A stretch of 59,919 bases of DNA, the filler included, from Malassezia furfur (lineage: Eukaryota): the NCBI GenBank assembly GCA_052055015.1. It is 7 parts of 7 records of this genome, joined end to end, with 100 filler letters (N's around TTAATTAATTAA, not from the genome) between each part and the next. Parts side by side here need not be neighbours in the genome. Positions count along the whole stretch, not along the records: positions 26,103 to 34,496 come from JBQJIT010000458.1; positions 34,597 to 42,981 come from JBQJIT010000459.1; positions 43,082 to 51,458 come from JBQJIT010000460.1; 4 more parts are not named here. One strand, given 5' to 3'. Below the pieces are notes generated by a model, which saw only the letters and a list, made by a program, of their open reading frames with translations, was not told the origin of the DNA and made no database searches. The position numbers and the translations under genes were made by a program. This document shows positions 32,162 through 45,927 of the stretch, in pieces. Position 1 is the stretch's first letter. The number at the start of each line of letters is the position of its first letter.

Positions 32162-33541
32162 ATGACGGAGGACGCGTCGGCGGACGCGCATGGCGCGGCG
32201 CCGGTCCATAGCTCGTCGAGCGAGGCAGACATGTACACCCACCGCGATGAGGAGGTGCGTCACGCACTCACACAGTCCATCGAGCGGCTCGAGGAGGAGA
32301 TCGATGCGCTGACGGCGTCCGTCGACGGCCTCGACGCCTACCACATCGTCGACAAGCTCGGCGAGGGCACGTTCTCGTCCGTGTACAAGGCGATCGACGT
32401 GCACCACGACATGTACCGCAACGAGCCGTGGGCCAAGAGCGACACGCCGCGCATCGTGCCGCGTGCGCCGAAGCCCGGCGCGGTGTATGTCGCGCTGAAG
32501 CGCATCTACGTCACGTCGAGCACCGCGCGCATCGTGAACGAGCTCGAGATCATGGAGATGCTGCGGTACGTGCAACGCTCACGCAGCGGGCGCCCGTTCC
32601 TCGCGTACCTCATCACGGCGTTCCGCAGCGCGGACCAGGTCATTGCGGTGATGCCGTACAGTCGGCACACCGAGTTCCGCGACTACTACCGGATCATGCC
32701 GCTGTCGGACCTGCCGTGCTACTTCTACTGCCTGTTTTCCGCGCTCGCGGCGATGCACGAGCTCGGCATCCTGCACCGCGACGTGAAGCCGGCCAACTTT
32801 CTGTACGACCCCCGCACCGGCTTCGGCACGCTGTGCGACTTCGGCCTCGCGGAGCGCCTCGAGCCGAGCGAATGGCGCAACAAGTGCCACCACACGTGCC
32901 CCACGCCCGAGCACCCGCACGGCGAGCAGCGCGTGAACCACGCAACCTACTCGACGCACCTCCTCCCGGGCGGCGCCCTGGCACGTGACGAGACCAAAGG
33001 CGCACGGCCCATGGCGCCGCCGCACCGCGTCGGCTACCTGCGCAGCGACCCGCGCCCCGGCGTGCGCGCGAACCGCGCGGGGACGCGCGGCTTCCGTGCG
33101 CCCGAGGTGCTGTTCAAGTGCATGGACCAGACGCCCGCGGTGGACATCTGGTCGGCGGGCATCATCCTCCTGTCGTTCCTGCTGAAGCGCTTCCCGCTGT
33201 TCAACGCGAACGACGACACCGAGGCGCTCCTCGAGCTCGCGACCATCTTTGGCGCGCGCCGCATGGAGCAGTGCGCGATGCTGCACAACCGCACCTTTGC
33301 GTCGAATCTGCCGACCGTCGACCACGCGGGGCGCCGCATCCCCGAGCTCATCCAGCACGTGCGCCCGGAGCTCTTTGAGCCGCCCGCGGACCACCCCGAC
33401 CCCGGCGAGTACCGTAGGCAGGTGCAGCAGGTCGTGCATCTCGCGAACGTGTGCCTATACCTCGACTGCACACGCCGCTGGACCGCGCGCCGCCTGCTGC
33501 GCCACGCCTTCTTCCAGGACCTGGTGGAGGCGACGCCATAG
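32162..33541 (+). CDS. CDC7: Cdc7 (DDK) kinase
   Basis: LGEGTFSSVYKA, VALKRIYVTSS, HRDVKPANF, RANRAGTRGFRAPEVLFKC. In-frame 21-nt intron 32566-32586. Confidence 0.95.
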   Translation: MTEDASADAHGAAPVHSSSSEADMYTHRDEEVRHALTQSIERLEEEIDALTASVDGLDAYHIVDKLGEGTFSSVYKAIDVHHDMYRNEPWAKSDTPRIVPRAPKPGAVYVALKRIYVTSSTARIVNELEIMEMLRYVQRSRSGRPFLAYLITAFRSADQVIAVMPYSRHTEFRDYYRIMPLSDLPCYFYCLFSALAAMHELGILHRDVKPANFLYDPRTGFGTLCDFGLAERLEPSEWRNKCHHTCPTPEHPHGEQRVNHATYSTHLLPGGALARDETKGARPMAPPHRVGYLRSDPRPGVRANRAGTRGFRAPEVLFKCMDQTPAVDIWSAGIILLSFLLKRFPLFNANDDTEALLELATIFGARRMEQCAMLHNRTFASNLPTVDHAGRRIPELIQHVRPELFEPPADHPDPGEYRRQVQQVVHLANVCLYLDCTRRWTARRLLRHAFFQDLVEATP

Positions 33542-33560
33542 TGTGGAGGTTCTCTTCAGC

Positions 33561-34496
33561 ATGCACGAGGCGCGACACCAGCGCTTCGCGGGCAGCGACG
33601 CGCCGACGCTCGCGGCCACCGCGGACATCCTGCGGTGCTACGAGGAGGCCGTGCAGGAGCCCATGGTCGAGTGCACGAACCTCGACGCGCTCTACACCAA
33701 CGCACAGCCGGACGACACCGACCGCCCCGACGCGGTGCTCCTCCGCGAAGATTTCTGCTCGACCGCCGTCGTCGCGCATACGTGGCTCGCGCTGCGGCCC
33801 ACGAACTGCGCACAGGGCGTCGACATCGACCTGGACGCGCTGCGCGACTCGCAGGCGCGCTGGGGGGCGCACCGCGTGCGTCTGCTCCAGAGCCCTGCGT
33901 ATGCGCACGCGGAGCATACGGTCGAGCTGGCCGCCGGCGCGGCGCCGCGCGCTGGCGAGGCTGCGGCGGGATCGGACGGCGCTCCTGGCGCCGCGCCGGC
34001 GCCGGCGGCGCCCTCGACGTGGGACGCCGGCCAGGCGTCTGCGCGCTTCGACCGGCGCCTCGCCAAGAAGCAGCAGCGCGCGAAGAAATCCGGAGCACAG
34101 GCCCCCGCGCCCGCACCCACCGACGCGCCGCGGCTCACGCTGCTGCACAGCGACGTGCTCGACCTGCCCGTGCCCCCGACGGCCGACGGCACGGCGCTCG
34201 AGCCGCCGGACCTCGTTGCGTCGCTCAACTACGCCATGGCCTACTTCCACGACCGCAAGACGCTGCTCGCCTACCTGGACGCCGTGAAGCGCTCGCTGCG
34301 CCCCCACACGGGCGTGTTTATCACCGACATGTTTGGCGGCGCACCGACCGGCGAGGAGTACGTAGACCAGGCGCCGCTCTGGGACGCCTTTCTCCACGAG
34401 CCGGGGTTTCTGCGCACCGCGCAGGACGCGGCGCAGACGGTGCTGGACGCCGACCGCCCCGATGCGCGGCGCGCGCGCGGCGCGGGGAGCACCTGC
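33561..34496 (+). CDS. Class I SAM-dependent methyltransferase-like protein, 3' truncated
   Basis: YEEAVQEP, LREDFCSTA, GVDID, DLVASLNY..YFHDRKTLLAYL, GVFITDMFGG. Confidence 0.7.
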
Positions 34497-34596
34497 NNNN
34501 NNNNNNNNNNNNNNNNNNNNNNNNNNNNNNNNNNNNNNNNTTAATTAATTAANNNNNNNNNNNNNNNNNNNNNNNNNNNNNNNNNNNNNNNNNNNN

Positions 34597-35632
34597 CACG
34601 AGGGGGCTCGGCGTGAGGTTCGCCGGGCGCGCGGGCGGCGGCGCTTCGGCGGCACTCGCCAGCTGCACGTCGGCCGGCACCACCTGCAGCGCCATGAACC
34701 AGCGCACCTTGTGCGCGTTCGCGACATGCGCCAGCGACACAAACCGCGTCACGGGCGGCACCCGCGGCGCAGGCAGCGCCGCAAACGGCGGGTTCTCGTA
34801 CGGCTCACGCTCCCAAAACACGCCGCACGCACGCGCGTCCGCGTCCATACGCAGGCGGCGCGCATCCACCTCGGCGGACGTCGGCGCACTTGCAAAGTAG
34901 TAGCGCGGACGCACCGCCTCGGCCAGGCGCGCGAGCGCCTCGACGCCCCACGGCTCCGCCTCGGGGGGGTGTGCAACGGACGACAGCTGCGTGATACGCT
35001 TCGGCCACGCATTCGTCAGCAAGAAGTCGACCGCGGCACGCTTCTCGAGGCGTGCCGCATCCTCCGCCGCGCGCTCGGCGTACGCGGCGAGCGCCGCTGC
35101 GTGCGCACGCGCCGCCTGCAAACTATCGGCCTCGACGTCGAGCGGCGGCGGCGCATCCACCAGCGCAAGGCGGGGGTCGCTCAGCAGCGTGTCTACCGGA
35201 TCCAGCGCATCCAGCGTGCCGTCGCCTTTCTCCGCGCCGCTCCCGCCGCAGAACGCAATGCGCAGGCCGTCGACCTCGGCCAGGCCAACGCGGCCCAGGT
35301 AAAAGAGGTTCGGCGCCAGCTTCTGCACGCCGTCGGCCTCTTGCACGTCCACGCCGTCGGGCAGTGCACGCGTCCCATGGTAAAAGTAGGTCGGCACCGC
35401 GACTGGGTCAGCGTTGCGCGCAACATACGGGGCAGCTCGCCTGCGAGCAATTTTCGCGCGTCGTCGTCCAACTCCGCGCCAAACAGGTCGCCGACGACAA
35501 ACGCCGCGGCAAACGGCCCGTGTTTCGCCTGGATCGCACCGAGCTTACTCGACAGCTCGGTGCAGCGGCCATCGGGCGCGCCCAGGATCAGCCTGCGTCA
35601 GACGCATCCACGTACACTTTGCGTGCTGCCAT
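34597..35632 (-). CDS. CWF19L1/Drn1-like protein, N-terminal pseudo-metallophosphatase, 3' truncated
   Basis: KVLILG, KHGPFAAAFVVGDLF, PTYF, NLFYLG, VDFLLT..WP, RPRYYF, FWEREPY, TRFVSLA. Introns 35593-35615, 35403-35428. Confidence 0.85.
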
Positions 35633-35680
35633 CGCCGAAGCGTGAGTCTCCACCTCCACCTCCCCGCGTTGCTCGTTGGC

Positions 35681-35987
35681 ATGGCGTCGATCGAGGTGAC
35701 GCCGTCGCGGGTCGCGCCACGCGGCCCGGACCCTGCTCGGTAGGTCGCGCAACTGACCCAGTGGCGTGTACTTCAAGCTGGCCTTTTTCTCCATCGCGCT
35801 GTTTGTCGCGCCAATCACCGCGTACTATTATGCCAAGGACCGCTTCCTGGGCGGCGACGCTGTGTACGCCGGCGGCCTCGCGGCCGTCGTCGCCAACATC
35901 GTGCTCTTTGGCTACATCATTGTGGCGTGCCTAGAAGACGACGGGTCCAAGGCCAAGGCCAAGGCGGCCGAGAAGAAGAGCGAATAG
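35681..35987 (+). CDS. VMA21: V-ATPase assembly factor Vma21
   Basis: Two TM helices, AAVVANIVLFGYIIVA, KKSE di-lysine end. 22-nt intron 35740-35761. Confidence 0.9.
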
Positions 35988-35999
35988 ATGTACAATACA

Positions 36000-36670
36000 C
36001 TACAAGACCACACCGTCGCTCACGGCGGGGTGCCGCGGCGGCCGCGGCGGCGGTACGCGTCCGCCCGGCACAGGCACCGAGCGTGGCGCCGGAATCGGCA
36101 GCACGAGCCGGAACGAGTCTTTGCCTGCGTGAGACACACCCACGCACCATTCAGATAGAAGCGGTACAGGCGCTTTTCGCGTAGAAATCCTAAGCGCTCG
36201 TACAGACGCAGCGCCGCGGCATTGTCGACCTCGGTCTCGAGCACAATCTCGGCGGCACCACCCTGCACCATATCGTCGACGGCCCGGCGGATGAGCTGTG
36301 CGCCTATGCCGTGCCCACGCCAGCGTGGGTCGACACTCAGCATCGCAATGTAGCCCCGCCAGAGCCGCGCGCCGCGCAAGTGCCGGTCGAGGCGGCCGAT
36401 GATCACACCGACTGCTGTTTCGTTGTCATTTTCGTCGTGCACATATGCCTGGGTCAGCGAACCGGCGTACGAGGAAGCAGAGATGCGGCCTGGGTGAGAA
36501 GGGCACGTACCATTGGTGTAGAAAGTAGCGGTAGGTATAGATATTGTACGGCTCGCTGGCGTCAGAGCGCCGGCCTACCTTAGCTCGGTCTCGATGAGCC
36601 GCATGACATCGGGGAGCGACGGTGCGCCGTCATACACGCGCAGCGACACCTGCGGATGCGTCGTCGTCAT
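36000..36670 (-). CDS. MAK3: NatC N-terminal acetyltransferase Mak3/Naa30
   Basis: [50 protein letters not shown] after splicing 36556-36578, 36490-36510, 36449-36470 and 36125-36147. Confidence 0.93.
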
Positions 36671-37128
36671 GCAAGCAGGTAGGCCGAAGGATGGCTTCGA
36701 AATTGCTCCACTTTTGCCCAATTTCGCTTCTCGGTGCAACAGGTCCGTGCACCGGGGAACCAAGATGGCCTACGATGCGGTCTACGATACCTCCGATGCG
36801 CCTGATCCCAGGACTGATCAGAGACACTAGTGCCTCATACATGTAACTATAGGGGCGCGTAACCTGTGCGGGATGCCAACTCGGAAAACAAACAAAAAAA
36901 AAAAAAAAATCATGTCGTGGACCAAACCGGTATGAATGCGGGCCACATGCGGCGGGCATACCGCACGATGCATTGTTCATCTGAGGCGGCTGCCACGAAT
37001 GGCGACCGCCTTCATCGTGTTATGTTGTTGTCCGCAGCCAGACGGCCTCGCTTCTTATGATGCTGGGGTGGTTCTGACTAAACGGCGCACGGACAGCTCC
37101 GGGTCCATTGCTACTACCATCTCCCAAC

Positions 37129-38085
37129 ATGTGGCTCTTCGACCTCTATGTCAAGTTTGTGGTGTTCTGGCTCTCCTATTTCATGCGCCTGCATGACTTT
37201 ATCAAGATCAAGCTCACCGAGAAGCAGCGCCCTCTTGTGCCCGGCGTCCGTGTCGAGACCATCAAGATCCCGTCTCGGGATGAGGGCCGCTTCATCCCCG
37301 CCCTCCGGTACACGCCCGAGGGCGCGACAGGCGCGCTGCCCGTGCACCTGAACTTCCAGGCGTCGGGCTGGGTGCTGATGCGCCTTGGTCTGGACCGCTA
37401 TATGCTGAGCCTGTTTGCCAAGCGCCTGAACGCGACGGTGATCGATATGGCATACCGCCGTGCGCCGTGGCACAGGTTCCCCACGGCACAGGACGACTGT
37501 GAGGATGCCACGGCATACATCTTTGCAAACCCGTCGCTGTACGACCTGTCGCGCGTGACGCTCGGTGGCTCGAGCGCTGGCGGCTGCATGGCGCTCGTGA
37601 CGGCCGCGACGTTTGGCCCGTCGAAGATCAAGGGCGTGTTTTCGCTGTACCCCGTGACGCGTATGGAGCCGTATGCCGGGATGAAGAAGAACAAGGTGCA
37701 GCTCAACAAGAAGTTCTACAGCGGGATTGTGATCCCGCCGTGGGTCATGTCCTTCTTTGTGCTCGCCTATGCGAATGAAGACGAGGCGGAGCTGCAAGAC
37801 ACGCGGTTCAGTCCGTTCAACGAGGACGTGTCCAAGTTCCCTGAGCACATTCTACTTGCGTGCGGTGATGCCGACACGCTCTATGGCGACGGAAAGGCGC
37901 TTGTGGAAAAGATCCACCGCGAGGGCTCCGAGGGCCAGAGGAAGAACACCGAGTTCTTCTCCATTCCAGACGAGGCGCACGAGTTCAACAACTTCCCCCA
38001 GGCGCCGCACTCGATTGAATGGCGCGACAAGCTCTACGAAGCGGCCATTGCCAAGCTCCAGGCGGCCTGGGCGCAGCGTCCGTAG
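37129..38085 (+). CDS. Alpha/beta hydrolase, HSL-family esterase/lipase, copy 1
   Basis: YRRAPWHRFP, GSSAGG nucleophile elbow, DADTL, AHEF. QASG in place of HGGG. Confidence 0.85.
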   Translation: MWLFDLYVKFVVFWLSYFMRLHDFIKIKLTEKQRPLVPGVRVETIKIPSRDEGRFIPALRYTPEGATGALPVHLNFQASGWVLMRLGLDRYMLSLFAKRLNATVIDMAYRRAPWHRFPTAQDDCEDATAYIFANPSLYDLSRVTLGGSSAGGCMALVTAATFGPSKIKGVFSLYPVTRMEPYAGMKKNKVQLNKKFYSGIVIPPWVMSFFVLAYANEDEAELQDTRFSPFNEDVSKFPEHILLACGDADTLYGDGKALVEKIHREGSEGQRKNTEFFSIPDEAHEFNNFPQAPHSIEWRDKLYEAAIAKLQAAWAQRP

Positions 38086-38152
38086 AAGGGCCACGTGACC
38101 AAGTACCGGCGCTTCTCCACAACCGGCTGCAGCGTTTCTCCGCGCAACGAAC

Positions 38153-39198
38153 ATGACACAGGCTTCGCGGCCGGAGCTACCGGCCGTGCACCATGCATGG
38201 AGCTTGCACTATCTCTGGCTGTGGATCAAGGTGAACTTTTTGCGCCTGATTGCACACTACACGGTGCGTTCCACCGACCACCTGCGCCCGCAAGTCGGCG
38301 ACGACGTGCGGGTCGAGAAGATCCACTTTCCGTCGCGCGATAAGGACCGCTCGATCATTGCCTACGTGTACACGCCCGTGAACCTTCCGCCTGGGCCGCA
38401 GGCCGTGCACATCAATGTGCACGGTGGTGGATTCGGTATGTGATTGCTCTGACCGCAGCGGTGCCTGCCTTCTATGGCAACTCGCGCTACTTCTGCTACC
38501 TGGTCGCGTCGCAGCTCAACTGTGTGGTGATCGACACCGACTACCGCAAGGCGCCCGAGTACCCATACCCGTTCCCGACGCGCGACGTGGAGGACTGCCT
38601 TGTGTGGGTGCAGTCGCTCCCGAATCGCTTTGACCGGAACCTGATCACCATTAGCGGCTTTAGTGCGGGTGCCAACCTGGCGCTCTCGACGGCGAACAAG
38701 GTGGGCCCCGACGTGGTCAAGGCGGTCGTCGCCTACTACCCGCCGACGGACGCCACCACCGAGACCGCCGCACTCGGCCTGCGCGAGCACCCTGACCCGC
38801 CCGAGTCGGCGCGCAGCGGTGCACACCTCGTGTCGTGGGTGTTTGTGACGTTTTTCCAGTCGTATCTGCCGCCGCACGTCAGCGCGGCGATCCCCGAGGT
38901 GAGCGTGCTGTTCCTGCCCCTCGAGCGGTACCCCGACCACCTCTTCTTTGCGGCAGGCCGCTGCGATGTGCTGCACGACAACTCGAGCGATTTCTACCAA
39001 AAGGTGCAGGCCGAGGGGCGCCCCGCGCAGCGCGAGCGCACGCGCTTCATCAGCGTGCCGAACGAGGACCATGCGTTCGACGAGCAGCCGACGTGTCCCG
39101 AGTCGGTCGCGTGGCGCGACAAGATCTACGAGGCGGGCGTCGCGACGATCCGCGCCGCCCAGGACGAGGAGCGCGCAAAGCTGCGTGGTACGGCGTAA
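38153..39198 (+). CDS. Alpha/beta hydrolase, HSL-family esterase/lipase, copy 2
   Basis: HGGGF, DYRKAPEYPYP, GFSAGANL, CDVL, DHAF. 23-nt intron 38436-38458. Confidence 0.88.
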
Positions 39199-39203
39199 GT
39201 GCA

Positions 39204-40630
39204 CTACCACAAGAAGCGCTGCCAGCCCTCGGTGCCTTCCCATGTAAAGGGCCGATAGAGGAAGACATAGATCGTGGCGACATTGATGGCCGCGTGCCAC
39301 ACAAGCTCCATCACCACCGCCGCGAGCGCGCGCGGGCGCACGATCGTTGCGCGCGCGACCTCGAGGCGCAGCACGATGTACGGCAGGACAAAGTAGCGCG
39401 GCTCGAGCAGCGGCGTCGGCACGACGGTCAGCGCCAGTGCCGCAAAGAAGCCGGCGAGCCAGTAGGCGCAGCGTGTGTGGCCTGGGTCAGCAGTATTCGA
39501 CGTACGCAGCGACGACATCCACAGCAGGCCGCTCGCGACGTACGCGGGCACGAGCGCGTAGCGCGACCAGGGCGTGGCGTCAATGACGCGGCGCCACACG
39601 TAGAACGTGTAGTGCCGGTTGTCGGCGAGCAGAAAGGGGTGGACGTAGGTGCCAACGTACACGCCGACGCACCCGACGGCGGACAGCGCCGCCCACAGCT
39701 TGAGTGCGCGACGGTCGACACGCACCGGGCGCTGCCACAGCGCGCACGCAAGCGCCGGCCACCCGAAGAAGAGGGCGAATCCGAAAAAGTAGCCGAGCTG
39801 CGGCACATGGAATGCGAGCTGGTGGTGCGCCTTGTCGCCGAGCGCGACTGCGCCGCCGTTCCACACGACAAATGCGGCAAAGAGGCTGAGTGTCGGCAGG
39901 TACGGCAGCGCAATGTCGACGAGCGCATGGCGCACCTCGCGCTGCTCGAGGAGCTGCCGGAGCGGCGGCACCCTCGACCATGCGAGGCTCGGCGTGCGGC
40001 GGCGCAGCTCGGCGAGAAGCGCCTGCCCAAGGATGAACGCGACCCACACGACGTTGTTCTGGCGCACGGTCATGGCGACCAGGCCCGTGACCGAGGCAAA
40101 GAGGTGCTGCTGCGCCTCGGCCAGCGTCATGGCCACGAGCACCAGCACGGTGCTCGTGACATCCGTGTAGTACAGGAAGCCAAAGAAGTACAGCGGCGGG
40201 ATGGTCGCCACAGCGAGGCCCACGAGCGAGCGGTACATGGGCGCGTAGCGCGACAGCGACGGCATCGTGATGCCAAGGTACATGTCGATCAGCAGCGGGA
40301 GCACCATGAGCGCCGCGAGCGACACGGTGCGCAGCATCGTGAGGCGCGTGCAGTCCGTGTCCCAGCCGCCGAGGTAGCCGATCCGCTGGTACACCAGCGT
40401 GAGCCAGTACAGCCCGGGCGGCGTCGTGACCTGCGGGTCCGGCGTCCAGGCGCGGCGGCACATCTGGACCGCCTGCGGCACATGGAAGATTTCGTCCTGC
40501 GTCAGCACGCAGCGCCTACCATGTAGGGTTCGGGCACGATCGAGTCTACGAGCTGCTTGACATGCGCGCCGTATCGCGCGAGCGACAGGCCGCCGCCGAC
40601 CTGCACCAGCAGCGAGATGACCGGCAGCAT
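39204..40630 (-). CDS. ALG10: Alpha-1,2-glucosyltransferase Alg10/Die2
   Basis: EPYM|DEIFHVPQA, TTPPGLY, FLYYTDV, HPFLLADNRHYTFYVW, LLEPRYF, QRFLW. Introns 40497-40519, 39482-39505. Confidence 0.93.
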
Positions 40631-40677
40631 GGTGGAGTGCGATCGGGATCGGGCGTACGGCGCGCCGGCGAGGCAGG

Positions 40678-42981
<2,304 letters not shown>

Positions 42982-43081
42982 NNNNNNNNNNNNNNNNNNN
43001 NNNNNNNNNNNNNNNNNNNNNNNNNTTAATTAATTAANNNNNNNNNNNNNNNNNNNNNNNNNNNNNNNNNNNNNNNNNNNN

Positions 43082-44075
43082 GGTGGAAGCAGCACAGGCA
43101 CCCGAGCCGCGCCACCACGTCGCGCACCGCAAACTCCTCCATACAAATAATGCACTCGTTCCCAATCAGCACCGAGTCGGGCGCCAGCTGCGACACCACG
43201 TAGCGCGTGCGCGGCACCACATCGGCGGGCGCGCCGTGCTCGAGGCAGTGCATCACATGCGCCTCGCGCGCCTCCTCGGTCGGCAGCGTGCGCAGCGGCC
43301 GGTAGCACACGGGGCACTCGTCGAGCAGGCTTGATGCCAGCGATGCCTCGCCGTCGCCGTCGCGTGCCGCGTCCGCGGGGCGTGGGCGCTGCATGTAGGA
43401 TATCATGTGCGTCAGCAGCGACGTGTCGTGCGCGCCGTCGCGCGGCTCGGGCGCCAAATGATACGTCTCGACACACCAGTCGCACACACGCGATGGGCCC
43501 ACACGCTCCACGTCAAGCATCTCGGGCATCGTCGGGTCAATGATCAGGTCGTCGACACGCAGGTGTGCACGGTGTGTCGTACACGCGTCGCAAAAGATGC
43601 GGCCACACCGCCGGCAGTGGTGCTTGCGCACAAAAAAGGTAAAGGTACGCCCACACTTGCGGCATGCACGCACGTCATGGTCGTCCTCCCACCGCCCGAC
43701 ACTGCGCGCAACGTGCCGCGCCGTGCCGGATGCGCCAGAGGAGCCGCTCGACAAGTCGCTCGCGTACGCATCCGGCGGCGGCGTGCTCCAGCTGTGTACA
43801 CTTGTGTCGTCCTCCGCGGCGTCATCGGCAAGGAACGAGAGCGCCGATACGATTCGTGCACGCAGCGTCGACTCGGACGGCGTGTGCGCCGCACTCGTCG
43901 CGACGTCGTCTGCCGGCGCCGGCGCATGCCGCGCCATCTCGTCCGCAGAACCGGTCCCGGGCGAACCCGTCCCGGGCGACGCGTGCCGATGGGCATCCTC
44001 GTTATCTTCACGCTGAGTATCGCCGCGATCGCCGGTACTCGTCGCATCGCGCGCCGAGCCACCTACCTCGGACAT
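43082..44075 (-). CDS. PIB1: FYVE + RING E3 ligase Pib1-like, copy A, 3' truncated
   Basis: WEDD..C..C..RKHHCRRCGRIFC..RVC; ECIICMEEF..ARLGCLCCFH. Confidence 0.88.
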
Positions 44076-44283
44076 GACGCGGCGGGGTATACGACAGGTA
44101 CCTGACGGCGCTAACGAACCTCCACATAGCCGCCGCAGCCTCGCTGTCCTTTGTGCCTATTCACCGCTGCCCGTATCTCGCTTAGCGCAAAGCATTTTGG
44201 GTGGATCCGCAGCACAATGCGCTGTGCTCCATGTATACAAATCTACGTGTCGCAGACAGGATGAACATCACAGGCATGCATGC

Positions 44284-44936
44284 TTATGCGGACGCAGCAC
44301 GCGCCTCACGCACAGCCTTCTCCGTACCGTGCTTGGCGTAGCGCTGGTTGCGCAGGAACTTGGGGTCCACCTGGAAAGTTAGTAGCCATTCACAACATGA
44401 GGCAGAATAGGAAACGGCGAGTGTGACGACGTGCGAACGGGAGGGTGGGCAAGGGGACAGGGCGGGATGCACGAGCGAGGACAGCAGCCGCGCCAGGGCT
44501 CCGAGAGCAAGGCAGACATAAACATGAGCGTGATCAAGGTGGGACACGAAATCGATATCCGAAGCACCCATCTGGCGCACCGCATGAGCTGCCTTGCACC
44601 CCGTACCGACGTCCGCGCTGTCAGCACAACGTCCCTCGTCGTACATCCGCACAGAGCGCAGACCCACGACGCGCACGCACGATGCACGCATGGTCTTTGC
44701 AGTGTACACATCCTGCCATTCCTGGTCCTGTCCACATCGCCTCCGTCATCGTTCCGTCACATTTCACCTGTTCCTAACCCGCCGCGCTCATACGTACACC
44801 GCGCAGGCTGGGGTAACGGTTCGTCTTGGGCTTCTTGATACCGTTGCGGTGAGCCTTGCTCGACTGGTTGTGGTTGGTGTGGTTCTTAGACTTCGCCCTG
44901 CACGGTCAGCACATCCACTCCTACGCCCACGTACAT
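44284..44936 (-). CDS. RPL29: 60S ribosomal protein L29 (eL29), copy A
   Basis: [50 protein letters not shown]. Introns 44898-44934 (splits AT|G) and 44371-44797 (427 nt). Confidence 0.95.
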
Positions 44937-45061
44937 TGTAAGTCGTTGGGAAAGAAACTGGTACGGCGCCGGAAGAAAACGCATGGGAATTTGCCGCAGT
45001 AGTTCCTCACGTGATATGCCACGCGACAGAGGTACGCCGCGCGACGCGCTCCCTCCACCTG

Positions 45062-45794
45062 ATGGCCATGGAGCGTGGGCCGCACGCCGCGCACGCTCCA
45101 GGCGAATGCGCGCGCCTGGAGCGCATGCGGACGGCGCTGGACAAGTTTTTGACGCTGATTGATGACAAGGCCAAGTACGTGCCGCGCTGACGCAGCGCAA
45201 AGAATTTTGCCGTGGCCTTGCCCAACGTCGACGAGGTCGCGCTAGAAAAGACGCGTCTGCAATTCGTGCAGGACCTCAAATCCGAGATTCGCGTACGTGA
45301 AATGTCTTACGCAGAACGATCTGGATGAGTTGGTGGTGAAGCACGACCTTGGTGCGCGGCTCTCGGAGCTCCAGGAGCTGGTGGACGAGGCCGACGAGCG
45401 CGAACGCAACGCGTACGCACCACATTCCGCCGAGCTCAAGGATGTTTGGCGGCCCGATTTGGATATTTCCACAGCGATCCGCGCACGCATCACTGCGGAT
45501 CAGCAGGCGCGCATGCCTGCGTTGGAGCACGAGTTGGCCGAGGTACGTCGCCCTTTGCTTACGCGTCAGCTGCAGGCCGCCAATGCCGAGTCCGCCGAGC
45601 GCATCACAGCAACCGAACAAGAGGCAGACGAGATGCAGGCGCACGTCGCCGATGCTCTGGCGATGCTCGACAAGGTACGTCGCCCATCGCAAGTCCTGAC
45701 GCAGCTCCGGGGCGCCGTGACGCTGCCCAGCGAAGATGCCAAGGCGCTACAAGCGATGCTCGATGCACTCTTGACCGATTTGGGACCTGTATAA
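45062..45794 (+). CDS. NNF1: Kinetochore MIND subunit Nnf1-like, copy A
   Basis: KNFAVALP, DLGARLSELQELVDEA, WRPDLDISTAIRAR. Introns 45175-45195, 45293-45314, 45543-45569, 45675-45704. Confidence 0.72.
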
Positions 45795-45927
45795 TGTGTA
45801 CTATAGTGGGACGTTACCAACCGAGACGACACCTGCGTGCGCGTGCCGCGTGCGGGGCGGACCGTGTGCGGGGCGGACCGTGTGCGGGGCCGCAGCCCCT
45901 CCACACCCAGGGGCCTCCACGGCGAGC

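Noticed and set aside
44430..44750. snoRNA inside the RPL29 long intron
   Set aside because: No C/D or H/ACA boxes shared by the two copies were evident, and the loop is the least conserved part. Not excluded without a scan.
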